DNA from: Eledone cirrhosa
Taxonomy: Eukaryota
Assembly: GCA_964016885.1 (NCBI GenBank)
Contig: OZ024743.1
Coordinates: 187,984,001 to 188,048,000, forward strand
DNA length: 64,000 nt
Direction of reading: 5' to 3'
Shown in pieces: positions 1 to 12,942 of the stretch (within the stretch, counting starts at the first letter, position 1; the number at the start of each line of letters is the position of its first letter). The position numbers and the translations under genes were made by a program. The notes beneath the pieces were generated by a model. It did no database searches, was not told the DNA's origin, and saw nothing but the letters and a program-made list of their open reading frames with translations.

Positions 1-335
1 GTGACTGAGAGAGCATAAAAGCCAGCACTCTGTTGGTTATAATGATGAGTGTTCCTGATGATTCAATCATTGGAACAACCTACTCATGTAATTAATTTAC
101 AAGTGGCTGCCCATTCTATAGACTTGCATACCCTACATGTAGTTCTCAGGGAGATTTAGCATGACACACAATGTGACAAGGTTGACTCTTCGAATTTTAT
201 GTACAACTGACTTTTGCCAGCTTAGTGCACTGGAGAAGAGTGAAATAAAGTGTCTTGCTCAAGGACACAACATATGACTGAGAATCAAACTCACGACCTT
301 ACGATCATAAGCCAAATAACCTAACCCCAAATTAC
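1..335 (-). mobile_element. tRNA-derived SINE, decayed, runs off window start
   Basis: Minus strand has a tRNA-like head (GGTTAGG...GGTCGTGAGTTTGATTCTC, B-box-like) followed by TGTGTCCTTGAGCAAGACACTTT, a motif typical of SINE central domains. Confidence 0.55.
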
Positions 336-715
336 ACTCCTTCACCCACCTGTACATGATTACATACACACATACCTAGTATGTAATAACTGCATATACA
401 TTTATATAAAGTATGGAAATGTGCATATAGCTCAAAACATAGTCTCATACATGGAATGACATGAATACCTAATGCACACACATACACTTACAGATTTTAT
501 ATACAGAATTACCGAGTTGATGCTGTCTGAATTCCAATGGAAGAAATGTGTCTCTATATTAACAGCCATCTCCCACTCTCATCATCATCACAGTTTTACA
601 TCCATTTTCCACGCTAGCATGGGTTATTGATGAGAAACTAATAACATAAATAAAACAAGTAGACAATACATACATATATACATACATACATACATAAATA
701 CATACATACATACAT

Positions 716-1020
716 GATATTGTTGTTTGGGACCAAACATTGAAAGCGTGCTCTGTTGTAGAGATCAGCTGCCCACTTGATGTCAATGTTATAAGCAAAA
801 TACAGCAGAAGGAGGACATCTATGGATCATTGATGAGGAGTTTGCTGATCCAGTATCCAATATACACCTTCAGCTTTATACCCATCTTTATTGGAGCTAC
901 AGGTTATATACCAACCTGCTTGGACCAAAGTAAGACTGAACAAGAATGCAACTCCCTAATTCATAGACTACAAATGGCTGCAATAGCATTAACCTTAATA
1001 AATTAATGCAAAATTAAAAG
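716..1020 (+). pseudogene. Decayed restriction-like endonuclease (RLE) end of a non-LTR retrotransposon
   Basis: ORF 740-1006 has VVEISCPLD..K...Y and FIPIFIGATG, matching the RLE pattern of other copies here; flanked by (CATA)n. Confidence 0.6.
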
Positions 1021-1060
1021 AAATATACATGCCTACATACATGAACACATACATACATAC

Positions 1061-1202
1061 GATGGCTGCCCCCTCGTTATCGAGGATGGCCATTGCACGA
1101 TATACCATTATTAATAATTATTAATTAATTCTACCGTGCAATGCCTGTGCATGAAGATATTTATTAAAGTGAGGAAAGACTGTGCACTGAGTCAATCCCA
1201 CT
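1061..1202. repeat. Dispersed repeat; uninterrupted counterpart of 20536-20860
   Basis: Nearly identical to 20536-20597 plus 20781-20860. Confidence 0.8.
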
Positions 1203-1958
1203 AAAAAATTACCAAGCCAACATAATAAAAAATGGGTGCAGCCCATTATGCCGTGTATGCAAAAAACAACCAGAGACCATTGACCATATAATTTCAATGT
1301 GCAGTCCTATAGCTCCAACCGAATACCTAAACAGGCATGACAGAGCTGCACAATACATACATTGGATAATGTGTAAGCATTTTGACCTGCCCCATCAAAA
1401 GAATTGGTGGGAGAATCAACCACCTCCCATACTTGAAAAAGATCACATCTCAATCTTGTGGAACTTTAGCATCCAAACAGACCGAAAAATAGATGCAAAC
1501 AGACCTGATATAATATTGAAAGACTTTCAAAAGAGGGTATGCCTGCTAATTGATATATCTGTTCCAATAGACAAGAATGTATCTATAAAAACATTTGAAA
1601 AATTGAGCAAGTTTAAGGACCTGGAGATAGAAATTGGAGAAATGTGGAAATTGAGAACTAAAACAATACCAGTGGTTGTAGGCGCTCTGGGAATGATACC
1701 TAAGGGGTCTAATGATTACTTATCGCAAATCCCAGAAAACCCGCGTATAGGAGAAATACAAAAGATAGTACTAATGGGAACTGCCCATATACTAAGGAAG
1801 ATTCTGTCAATATAAGTACATCACAAGTCTAAACACTAAAGATGCATGTGTGAATATGTATGTTCTTTCTTGAACATGGTGGACCTTGTTGTCTCTTGAG
1901 GTCACTGGTTGTGACTTGGTGATAACTCGTATGAACATAAAGCAAGATAAATGCAACT
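1203..1958 (+). mobile_element. R4/Dong-like RLE retrotransposon family A, 5'-truncated 3' end
   Basis: CCHC remnant, RHD, NRPDIIL, IDISVP, KLSKF, PVVVGALG (ORF 1297-1815); 3' UTR then (TAA)n; first ~115 nt match 11433-11548. Confidence 0.85.
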
Positions 1959-1986
1959 GTAATAATAATAATAATAATAATAATAA

Positions 1987-2288
1987 ACTAAAACAATACC
2001 AGTGGTTGTAGGCGCTCTGGGAATGATACCTAAGGGGTCTAATGATTACATATCGCAAATCCCAGGAAACCCGCGTATAGGAGAAATATAAAAGATAGTA
2101 CTAATGGGAACTGCCCATATACTAAGGAAGCTTCTGTCAATATAAGTACATCACAAGTCTAAACATAAAAGATGCATGTGTGAATATGTATGTTCTTTCT
2201 TGAACATGACGGACCTTGTTGTCTCTTGAGGTCACTGGTTGTGACTTGGTGATAACTCGTATGAACATAAAGCAAGATAAATGCAACT
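1987..2288 (+). mobile_element. Second, shorter 3' end of Dong-like family A
   Basis: Near-exact repeat of 1657-1958, with (TAA)n on both sides. Confidence 0.9.
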
Positions 2289-2392
2289 ATAATAATAATA
2301 ATAATATTAATAATAATTACCCCTCTTCATCACAAGGACTCCACACTTACTAATACAAAATTGCATACATATATCATTGCTGAAAATACGGA

Positions 2393-3173
2393 CAGACATG
2401 GAACTGGTTGAAAAGAGGAGACCTTAAAAAGGCTACAGAAGGAATGTTAATGGCTGCGAAAGAGCAGGCCCTCAAAACGAAGTGGTTGAAACACCATATT
2501 TACAAGGAGGAGGCTAGCCCACTGTGCAGGATCTGTGGAGAGAGAGAGGAGACTGTGGCTCACATTGTATCAGAGTGTAAACACCTAGCCCAGACTCACT
2601 ATAAGGGCTGGAGACATGATGTGATGGGCAGGGTGATCCACTGGCACCTATGCAAAGTAAACAATTTACCACATTCCGAGAAGTGGTATGAGCATAAGCC
2701 AGAGTCGGTGATAGAAAACGATCAGGTGAAGGTTCTGTGGGATTTTAGGATACAGACGGACAAGAAACTGGAACACAATAGACCTGACCTGGTGGTTTTG
2801 GACAAGGAAAAAAGATCGTGCCTGATTGTGGATGTGGCCTGCCCATTCGACACGAGAGTGCAAGAGAAGGAGAGGGAGAAAATTAACCGATACCAGGACT
2901 TAAAGTGGGAGGTAAAATGGATTTGGAACTGCCATGAAGTCAAAGTGGTCCCGATTGTCATAGGCGCACTAGGTACTATCTCAAAGAGTTTCCAGGGATG
3001 GTTAAGGAAAATTGGCCCCTTCACGCTTTTTGGAACGCTTCAAAAGGCATGCTTCTGGGAACAGCAAGAACCCTCCGATACGTCCTGCATATCTGAGGCT
3101 GCAGGTAGTAGCTTGATATTCATTTCAACAAACTTTCCAGTTAACTAACATCAATGACTGAGACTCAAAGAAC
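2393..3173 (+). mobile_element. R4/Dong-like family B, 5'-truncated 3' end
   Basis: [18 protein letters not shown] knuckle, RHD, NRPDL, VDVACP RLE motifs; homologous to ends of 13575-17119 and 42418-45026. Confidence 0.9.

Positions 3174-3245
<72 letters not shown>
3174..3245. repeat. (TAA)n microsatellite between Dong-like and Tx1-like 3' ends
   Basis: Perfect AAT run. Confidence 0.95.
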
Positions 3246-3246
<1 letters not shown>

Positions 3247-3498
3247 TTTTCTTTATTAACCACAAGGGTTTACATAAAGAAGACATTAAGGACAGTACAG
3301 GACAATACAGTACGGTACAAATGGGCATTTCTGCGTGTAAAAAAACGGAGGTTGAAATAAAATAACAAAGAAAAATTCCCCAATAGGGGGGAGACTTCCG
3401 AGGGACATTTGTGGAGAAAGCCCATTAAAAGACCACAGTGGCCCTGACCACCAGGGCAAGTGCTCTCTCCCAGTTTTCCACCTTTAATTTACAGACAC

Positions 3499-6400
3499 TC
3501 AGATACTCAGAGAAGGCCCATTCATTCGGGCCATACTTGCTTCTCTCACCCATCTTTCAACCAAATGCTGGGAAGAGAGCACTTCCCTCTCTACCCTGAT
3601 TTTCCTTTTCAAATGAAATTTGAAAAAGTTAATCAGGGCATCACCGAAGAGGTAAGTGCTCGTCTTCAGCCCTTTCAAACGTGTCCACCATCCTATCTCT
3701 TTCGCCATGGCCACCAGACAGATAAAAACTGCCTGCCCTTCCCGGCTAAAGGAAGGGGGCGGGGCAATCCTCACGATGGACTCAGCTGATAGCTGGATCC
3801 GTCCTACACGTGACAGCAGGTGTTCGACATAAACCCACAAGTCAGCAATGCTCGGACACTGGACGAGTGCGTGCAGGACGGTTTCGTCGCCCTGCGCGCA
3901 TCTCGGACATGCCCGGCTGACGGCACCTCCATGCATGTAGAGTTTATCCCGAACTGGCAAAGCTCCTCGGTAGCACTGCCAGGCCAGGGATTTCTGGAAG
4001 TTGTCCATAGGCCCCGGCCCGAAAGTCCTTCCGAAGAGATTGGCTAGTTGATTTTCGTCGACGCCTAGATTTTCTCCAAGTACGTCGTCGCTCTTCTCCA
4101 TTCACTAATCCCCTATAGAACGCCAAGGTGGAGTTTCCAACGATCACATTGCCCGATTGGTCGAGGGCTGTGAGCGCCTGAAGACATTCCAGTCTCCAAG
4201 CGCTCCCTCTCGGTCTTCGCTTGACCCAGGACTGCAGCTCCGTCAAGGAGACGAGCTGGGGAAATACGTGTCTCGCAAACGGCGACCACACCTGATCACC
4301 GTCGAGGAAGAGGTGGAGATGTTGTAGCCTGAGCGCGTGTCTGCGCATCATCAGCCACGGCATGCCCAGCCCTCCACGTAGCGGGTGTTGACAGCAGATG
4401 GACAGCCTGACCATCGGAGCGCGTCCCTTCCACAAGAAGCGAAAGAGCAAACGCTCCAGCGCAGTCAGGCGGGGCTTAGGACAAGGTACGACGGTCAGGC
4501 GGTAGTAGATGACGGATGCGATGTACGCATTCGCCACCTCCGCTCGACCTTTCAGGGATAGCTTCCTCTCGGCCCATTTCTGGGTGAGGGAAGCCACCCT
4601 GCTCGTCACCTCGTCCCAGTTTTTGTCCGTCTGGAGGTCTGGACCGAACCAGACCCCTAGCAATTTAACCGGTCCGTCCGTCCAGCGCCCGACGACGCTG
4701 TTGGACGGCATGGACCTTCCTCTCCAGGTACCGAGCTGCAGGCCCACTGACTTTTCCTGGTTGATCATTGCTCCTGTCACCGCTTCGTATTCTCTTAGTG
4801 TAGTGCCGATCGCCTCGATGTGTTTGGCGTTCGACACCACTACGGTGACATCGTCGGCATATGCTGACACGGATCTTCCGCATCCTAGTTCGCGCGGGAC
4901 CCCCCTCAACGTCTCCAGTTTGTGCAGTAATGGCTCGAGAGTCAATACGTACAATAGGGACGAGAGGGGACATCCTTGGCGGACCGAGCGCATGATGTTG
5001 AACGGTTCCGAAAGGTGACCGTTCACTCTCACTACAGAGCAGATGTCGCTGTGCATGGCAGCGATCCAGCCTCTGAAGACGGGCCCAAAGCCAGCCGCCC
5101 TCAGGACTGCCGCTAGGTAACGATGGTCGACCCTATCGAAGGCTTTCGACTGATATAAATTGATCAAAGACCCACCCGTGCCAGGTTCCCTAGCTACCCT
5201 CTCTACGATGTATCGCATGAGGTGGAGGTTGTCGTGGATGGATCTGTCGGGAATGGCGCATGTCTGTGCCTCTCCCACCAGACCACCAACGACAAGCGCC
5301 AACCTCTTTGCTAGCACCTTGGCCAAAATCTTGAACTCTGTGTTTAGCAGAGTTATGGGCCTAAAATTATCTGTTATCCCCCTTGTTCGGATCCTTTCTC
5401 AGCAGCGCCACCGCTCCTCGGCTCACAGAGCTGGGAATTCTCCCGTTCTGTTGCCAGTTGCAGTAGACGTCCGCCAAGAGGCCTCCGAACAAGTTTGGCA
5501 TTTGTACGTAAAGTTCATAGGGCAGACCATCCAAACCAGGCGATTTACCCCTTGTGCAACTAGTCATTGCATCCCGTACTTCAGCGGTTGTTATCGGCTT
5601 TTCGCAACACTCCGCCTCAGTGGCCGAAAGCCGCGGCAGTCCGTCGAGGTAGACACTAAAGTCCATCCCTCGATCCGGTCCGCCACTGCCCCCGAACAGT
5701 TGAGCGAAGTGTCGCTGAAAAGCTTCACACATTTGCCCGGGATCGAGTAGCATGCGCCCGTCGTGGTCCACCAAAGACCGGATCGTGGCTTTGTTGCCAC
5801 GACGCGCCTCCGCCACTCGGACCCATTGAACGGCTTTCGTCCCCTCGTGTCTGAGAGCACGCACCCTAGCTCTGACAACGCAGCCTTCGTGCTTTGCATT
5901 GAAGAATTGGTCAAGGGCCAATTCGCCGCAAGTACGTCGGTCGCGATGCCCTTGCTAAGCGCCTCATCTAATTTTCTAACTAATTCTCCCTCTGCTCTAT
6001 TTTTCTCTATTGCTAAAGTCTTACTAAACCTAATGGACTCTATTCTAATTGCTCTTTTCAGAGCAAACCACCACTTGTTGTTGACGATGGCCCCCGTCAA
6101 CGCCCGCTTAACTAGTTCGCTAATCCGGTCTCGGTAGGCTTGCGTGCTGGTAAGGACGCGTTTAGCTTCCAGTAGCCGGGTCCTTGTCTATGAAGCCTAT
6201 CTAAGTCAAGCACACAGATCACGAATTTGTGATCCGTGTAGCTGACTATCTTGAATTGTGGACAGCCTATGCTAGACCTATCTATTTCCCTACAAAATAC
6301 TCTATCTAGATATGATCTGGATGACCCTATGCGATTTATCCAAGTCCACATTGGTACATTCGGGAAATCCATTCGGTACCTGTCAGACAGTTCAAAACGT

Positions 6401-6909
6401 CTGAGCAGGTTGGTGAGACTCTTGCACCCTCCTTCCCTATCCACTAATCCCACACAATCCCAGCGTGCATCTAAGATCCCGTTCCAGTCGCCCACTAACA
6501 CTAAAGAGCGGGACGTTCCAAGAAAGGTCTCCAGACGCCGGAAGAAATCAGGCCGCCCTGCTCCTGTCGGGGCATAGACGGCCACTAACCTGAAAGCTTG
6601 CCCGTCTCCGCTGGTCACGTCCAGCACCACCAACTTACCTTCTGGGTCCAGGAAGATGGCCCGTATGGCAAGATCCAAACCTCTCCGAAAAAGCACAGCA
6701 ACTCCTCCCCCCGATCCAGGACGGCTGGGAGATGCGTACACATCGTAGCCGCCGAAGATCGGTGCGAAAGCCTGTGCTTCGGAGATTCTGGTCTCGCTGA
6801 TGGCCACTACATCTATGTTTAGTGACCTGAGGTCGTTGAGCAGGTGGCCCTGATTCCATGACGACCCCAAGCCACGCACATTTATGCTGCCTATTCTGAG
6901 TGAGGTCAT
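3499..6909 (-). pseudogene. Tx1-like ORF2 (APE endonuclease + RT + C-terminal zinc finger), about four frameshifts
   Basis: IGSINVRGL, VAISET, LVGDWN, YLDR, YTDH (APE); KSPGLDG, KAFDRV, RQGCPLS, YADD (RT); CPRC...H...C; split over ORFs 6112-6909, 5591-6100, 5367-5921, 3944-5326, 3499-4101. Confidence 0.9.
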
Positions 6910-6934
6910 GTTGAAAAGGAGTGGAAAAGATCAC

Positions 6935-7470
6935 TTACCTTACTTCTCGTAGGGGAAGGACGGTTTTTCCATCCTTTTCACTGCTTGTGGCCTCCTCAGG
7001 AAGGATGTCCTTATAAATCCTCCTGGAGAGTGCTTGTCGGAAGTCTCCGATGTCTTTGGGGAATTTTTGTTTTAGTGTCATGTACGTTTTCTGTGTGATG
7101 CGAGTGATTTGTATGTGTGGAGGTGGTGTGAATGTTGGGGTTGTTGTGTAGTCTTTTTCTGTGATGCTGGTGTTGTGTTGGATGTAGTGTAATAATTGCT
7201 TGTTGTTCAAATTTAATGCTGTGTAGTGTGTATCGTTTTGGTTGTTTTGTTTTGTTTGCGTTTGTTGTGGGTTTGTTTCTGTTTCGCATTTTGGTGACTT
7301 TTGTGGTGTAGGTGATGGTAGTGTTGGGGTTAATGATGGTGATGGTGTTGGTGTTTGGGGTGATGGGGTTGGTGATGCTGGTGTGGATGGTGGCATATCT
7401 GTCCTAACTTTTTTGTTTCTTAATTTATTTGTTTTCCTCTGTATTTTGTTTTTGGAGGGGGAAGGAAGAG

Positions 7471-7502
<32 letters not shown>

Positions 7503-8917
7503 CCGGATATCGTTTCCCACTCCTCGTCGTCACAATCTGTCTCCAGTTGTGATAGGCCGGGGAGTGGAAAATCCTCCACAGCCGTTAGTTTTGGTTGTGG
7601 CGTGGTGGATGGTGTAGACGCTGGTGCTAGTTCTGAAGCGTTGGGTGGTGGTGGTGTTGGTTTTGCTGGTGGTGGTGGTGGTGTTGGTTTTGCTACTGTT
7701 GCTGGGGTTGTTGCTGTTATAGTTGCTTCTGTTGTTGCTGCTACAGTTGTTGCTGCCATCTCTGCTACTGGTGGTGTTGATGGTTGTGTCACTGGGGTGG
7801 GTAGGAGAGGTGGCCTCAACCTTTTAGCCTGAGGGCAGAAAGCCCTTAGGTGGGTTCCTTCACCACAAACGACACACCTAGGTCTTCTGCCCTCGACAAT
7901 TACCGTGAGGTGGCTGCCGTCAGTGAGGTCTATTACCTCTGGGATCTCCTCAATGCTTTTTTGGTCTGCTTGGATCAGGAGCTCCATCCCAGATCCGGAC
8001 CAGTTTTCCTGCTTTTCTTTTGCTATTGCTATTATTTTCGTGTTGGCTTCGATGCCGGCGAGGACGGCCGCTATTAGCCAGGGAATTTCGATGGCCGGTG
8101 GAACGTGGGTCACCCTGATCTTTACGAGTCTCTGGCCACAATAGCTTGGGACGAGTGTGAAGTCGTCACTTTTTAATGGGGCCATGGATTGTTCTCTAGC
8201 CTCCTCTGGTGTTTCAAAGAACACGTCCACGGGTTCCATACTTTTGCCCACATCTGATGTGGATTTTTCTTGCCCACACATGTCCCAAAGCTTTTTGGAT
8301 TTGGGACTCGGATGCACGTTCCACTCGGCGCGATTTTACATTTATTGTTCTATACGACACGGTGCATAGGCGCCGATGCTCCATTTTATTAGGTGGGAGG
8401 GTGAGGCTGACCCTGTACCCATCTTTCTTTACCATTTGTTTGGCATTTTCTAAATCTTCCTGAGTTACGGTAAATGCTTCGAATTGTTTTGCTACTCTGG
8501 CGAAACTGAGGGGGGGGGGTTTATAATGTCATTGTTGTCGTTGTTGCTATCGTTAATATTAATTTTAGTTTCAGTTGTGGTGGTGGTGACGTCAGTCGTC
8601 TTTGGTGGCGAAGAGTCCATTTTGCTTGATTTCATTTCGACATCACGAGTTAATTTATGTTTTTCTTCTTTTGTTTCTGTTGTCGCGGTGGTGGTGGTTG
8701 TCGCGGTGGTGGTGGTGGTGGTGGAGGCTTTAACACCTGCAGTCATTGGTAATGGCGGGAAATGAATGTCTGCCTGAGACAAATTTAAAATATTGTTACT
8801 GCTTATATTTTTTTTTGTGTTGGCAAACGTAGTAACATTTACAATGGTGGTGTCGGTGTGAGGTGTTATTTTGTGAGGAAGGCTTTCAGCTGCTTCGTGC
8901 AGAGGTGAAGTAGCCAT
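6935..8917 (-). pseudogene. Tx1-like ORF1 (gag-like zinc-knuckle protein), frameshifted
   Basis: ATG at 8917; pieces 8492-8917, 8214-8435, 6935-8317; CVVCGEGTHLRAFC knuckle, Pro/Thr-rich and poly-Lys tracts; lies directly upstream of ORF2. Confidence 0.75.
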
Positions 8918-9125
8918 TTTTTTTCAAAGAAATTTTTTGATAATAATAAAAGTTAAAATTTTGGGCACAAGGCCCCAATCTTTTTGGGTGTCCTTTTCGG
9001 AAAACAATGTATGTGTGCTTATAAACAGTTAACAGTAAAATTTTCCATAAAAGGCAATTTTTAACAAACGGAAATAACAAACCTTTGCGGAGCTCACGAT
9101 GATACGATTTACTACGTAGGTCGCC

Positions 9126-9172
<47 letters not shown>
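9126..9172. repeat. (TAA)n microsatellite at Tx1-like 5' end
   Basis: Perfect AAT run. Confidence 0.95.
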
Positions 9173-9175
<3 letters not shown>

Positions 9176-11548
9176 GATCCAGAACTCCAAACAGAACCAA
9201 AAGATAATACACAAGACTAACATAATTCTCAAAAACATTATCATCACAAACAAACTAAACATTACTGATTTAAATCATCTCTATTATGTGGAGTGAAATG
9301 ACAAAACAAAGGAATTCCCACAAGAAATCTATTTGGCAAGAGAACATCAATCGCCAAATAAACCTTCTCCGATCTGACATAGAAATTTTAACAAACTACA
9401 AAGTAGGTGAACATGTTAAACAAATTAAACTTAGAAAATTGAAAAGGAAATACAGTATAAAATCAACAAGTGACATAGATATGCTGATAGAAATAATCAA
9501 GCAAAAAGTATCGGCCAAAGCTGCTCGTATAAGGCGCTTTGAAAAACGATCTAGATTCTATAACGTCAATAATATGTTCAAAAACAACCAAAGAAACTTC
9601 TACAGAAAAATTGGCAAGTCAACAAATACTGCTAAATCAATACCACCCAAGGAGGAGTGCAAGAATTCTGGGAAAAGATCTTGTGCCGAAGAAAAAGTTC
9701 ATAATATACATGCCCCATGGACAGACAGACAAATGAAAGATACAGCTCACCTTGGGCAACAAATATGGGAAAATATAACAGTAGAACAGTTGCGTTTGGC
9801 TCTCAGATAAACCAGCAAATGGAAATCCCCAGACAAAATACCAAATTTTTGGATAAATGCCTTCACAGAGTCTCATGAAATAGTTAAGGAGCCAGAAAAG
9901 ATAACATCATGGCTAGTTAACGGCATTACATTCCTGCTTCCGAAGAATGATGAGACAAACGATCCCAAAAATTACAGACCGATAACTTGCTTGACCACAA
10001 TGTATAAAATGTTAACATCAGTCCTAACTGAATATACATATGACGACCTGATAACAAATGATCTATTTCCCAATCAGCAGAAAGGGTGTAAATGAGGCTC
10101 ATATGGCTGTAAGGATCAGCTTTTGGTTAACAAAATGATACTGGAAGATTGTCATAATAGACAAAAAAATCTATCAATTGCTCGGATAGATTATAAAAAA
10201 GCATTCGATAGTTTACCACACAGTTGGATTGAAAAATGTTTAGAGATTTTCAAAATATCTCCCGTTGTCAGGAGGTTCCTGTCATTCAGTATGAAGACAT
10301 GGAAAACAACACTCCTTTTCAATAGTGAAAAAAAATCACTGGAAGCTGGAGAAGTTAATATTAATTGTGGAATTTTTCAGGGTGACTCTTTATGACCGCT
10401 TTTATTCTGCATCGCACTTAAGCCATTAAGTAAAATCCTCAATGAAACAAAACATGGTTATAAAGTCTATGACAAAACGATTAATCACTTGTTCTACATG
10501 GATGACCTGAAACTATTTGCAAAAAATGATGAACAATTGCAAGGGCTATTATCCACTGTAGAGCAGTTCAGTGATGACATTAAAATGGAATTTGGACTAG
10601 ATAAATGCACCAAAGCAACGTTCACCAGGGGAAAGCTGCTGAAAAGTTCAGACATTAATTTTGATTGGGGGAATGTGATAAGAGAACTTGATCAAGAGGA
10701 AACTTACACATATCTCGGTGTTTGTGAAGGAGACGGAATCAAGCACTCGACAATGAGGGAAAGGATAAGGAAGGAATTTTACCGCAGAGTAAGAGCAATC
10801 TTAAGAACAGAATTGAATGCAAGGAATAGGATCGATGCCATAAACACGCTTGCCATACCAGTAGTAACCTACAGTTACAATGTCATCAACTGGTCAAGCA
10901 CAGAGATCCGTAGGCTCGATACAAAAATTAGAAAATTCTTAACCATGCTCAGAATGCATCACCCTAAGGCAGATACAGATAGAATATATCTCCCTAGGAA
11001 AGAAGGAGGACGTGGGTTAATCCAGTTAGATATTGCGTTGAAAACTGCAACAATTGGATTATCTACATATCTAAGGGAATCACATGATTGGATGATCAAA
11101 TTCGTTTGGAAGCACGAAAGCATCAAAAGATCATACTCCATTACAAAAGATGCACAAAGATACAGTAATGGACTACAAATTTCAGAAGTCCCATTTACTG
11201 CTGAAATGGAAAACGCAGAAAAAGCAAAGCAGGTAAAAGTAACTGCAAAGAAAGAACTGCTACAGAAACTGGCTAAGAAATGGCAAGAAAAGCCTCTGTA
11301 TGGAAAATACCCAGAAAGAGCTAACAATCCTGATGTTGACAAAACTTTAACCCATCAGTGGTTGGCATCCTCCGGACTGAAATCGGAGACTGAAGAACTT
11401 ATTATATCAGCACAAGATCAGTCTCTGCCAACAAAAAATTACCAAGCCAACATAATAAAAAATGGATGCAACCCATTATGCCGGGTATGTAAAAAACAAC
11501 CAGAGACCATTGACCATATAATTTAAATGTGCAGTCCTATAGCTCCAA
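9173..11548 (+). mobile_element. R4/Dong-like family A, internal RT portion with stops and frameshifts
   Basis: [43 protein letters not shown]; truncated at both ends. Confidence 0.88.
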
Positions 11549-11673
11549 TCAATAGGGAGGAAACTTCCGAGGGCCATCGTGGAGAAAGCCCATTAAAAAA
11601 GCCACGGTGACACTGACCACCAGGGCAACTGCCCTCTCCCAGTTTTCCACTTTCAATTTACAGGCACATACTC
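11549..11673 (-). mobile_element. Short Tx1-like 3' UTR fragment
   Basis: Matches ~3381-3500 and ~45218-45340; followed by ATAATAATA. Confidence 0.75.
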
Positions 11674-11739
11674 ATAATAATATTTTTTTTGTTTTTTTAC
11701 ATATTTTGTTTTTTTTACATATTTAAAACAATTATGACA

Positions 11740-12240
11740 GAAAAATTCTTACTACAAATGGGACATAAGACACCAGACTTAACTCTCAGGAAGTGGCAAC
11801 ACATAACACTATGGCACAGGGCTCAAATATTTAATTTTGTATTAGAAATTTTATAGTAAAAAAAGAAAATGGTTACAAATGGTCACAAATAAAAGAAAAC
11901 ATCAGCCAAATAATTTCACCACCGGCACCACCACCGCCGCCGCCGCCGCCACCACCACCACCACAACAAATTTAGATAGAGACAAACCAACAGCAGCAGT
12001 AACACCATCACTACAGTACTACTACCCCATCACCACCGTCGCCACTCCATCATTGCTACCACCACTATTCCCTCACTACCTCCTGTTAAGAGAGGGAAGG
12101 TAGTAATGCCACTACACATGACTAAAAACGAGGAAGTCACCAAAAGATATAAATAGACGGATTTAGTGACCCGGTCAAACAGCTAACAACAACACCATAA
12201 TAATTATTGTTGTTGTATCTCTAAAATCTCTCAAAATGTT
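11740..12240 (+). mobile_element. Possible decayed 5' UTR/ORF1 start of a Tx1-like relative
   Basis: A-run+ATGGTTAC and Thr-rich coding resemble A-run+ATGGCTAC and the Thr-rich N-terminus at 8917; similarity is weak. Confidence 0.3.
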
Positions 12241-12272
12241 TAATTTAAACGATGTCAAATAATAATAATGAT

Positions 12273-12942
12273 GATTTCTTTATTGGCAACAAGGGCTGAC
12301 ATCAAGAAAAACATTACAGACGGCACAGGGCGGTACAGGACGGTACGATGTGGGTTTTGTGCGTGTAAAGATTTTTATTATTTATATAAGAAACGAAAAA
12401 GAAAAATGACATAGAAATATATATATATATATATAAACAATAAAAATGAAAATTCAAACAATGAAAAATTCCCCAATAGGGGGGAAACCTCCGAGGGTTA
12501 CTCGTGGCGAAAACCACACAAAAGACCACGGCCACCCTGACCACCAGGGCAAGCGCCCTCTCTCAATGTTTTCCCATTCGTCAAACTACAAGCGTATATT
12601 CAGAGCGGTCCCCTTCACTCGGACCATTCTCGCTACATTCACCCACCTTTCAATAAACTTGTTAGAAGACAGCACTTGCCTCTCCACCCTGACTTTCCTC
12701 TTCAAGTGAAACTTGAAAAGGTTAATCAGGGATTCGCAAAAGAGGAAAGTGTCTATCTTTAACCCTTTTAACCTTGTCCACCACACAATATCTTTCGCCA
12801 TGGCCACCAGGCAGATGAAAACCGCCTGCCCTTCCTCCTCGAAGGAAGACGGCGAGACCATCTGCACAATGGACTCAGTCGATAACCGGATCAGTCCTAC
12901 ACGCGACAGCAACTGTTCGACATAGCTCCACAAGTCAGCAAT
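12273..12942 (-). mobile_element. Tx1-like 3' fragment, diverged subfamily
   Basis: ORF 12586-12954 homologous to C-terminus 3499-4101; 3' end abuts (AAT)n 12258-12269. Confidence 0.85.

Larger units (their letters stand above)
3246..9125 (-). mobile_element. Near-full-length Tx1/L1-clade non-LTR retrotransposon inserted in (TAA)n
   Basis: 5' UTR, ORF1 with CCHC knuckle, ORF2 APE-RT-CCHC, 3' UTR with AATAAA; (TAA)n on both sides. Confidence 0.88.

Noticed and set aside
4509-7832. Plus-strand ORFs antisense to the Tx1 ORFs
   Set aside because: Shadow ORFs of GC-rich coding sequence without motifs.
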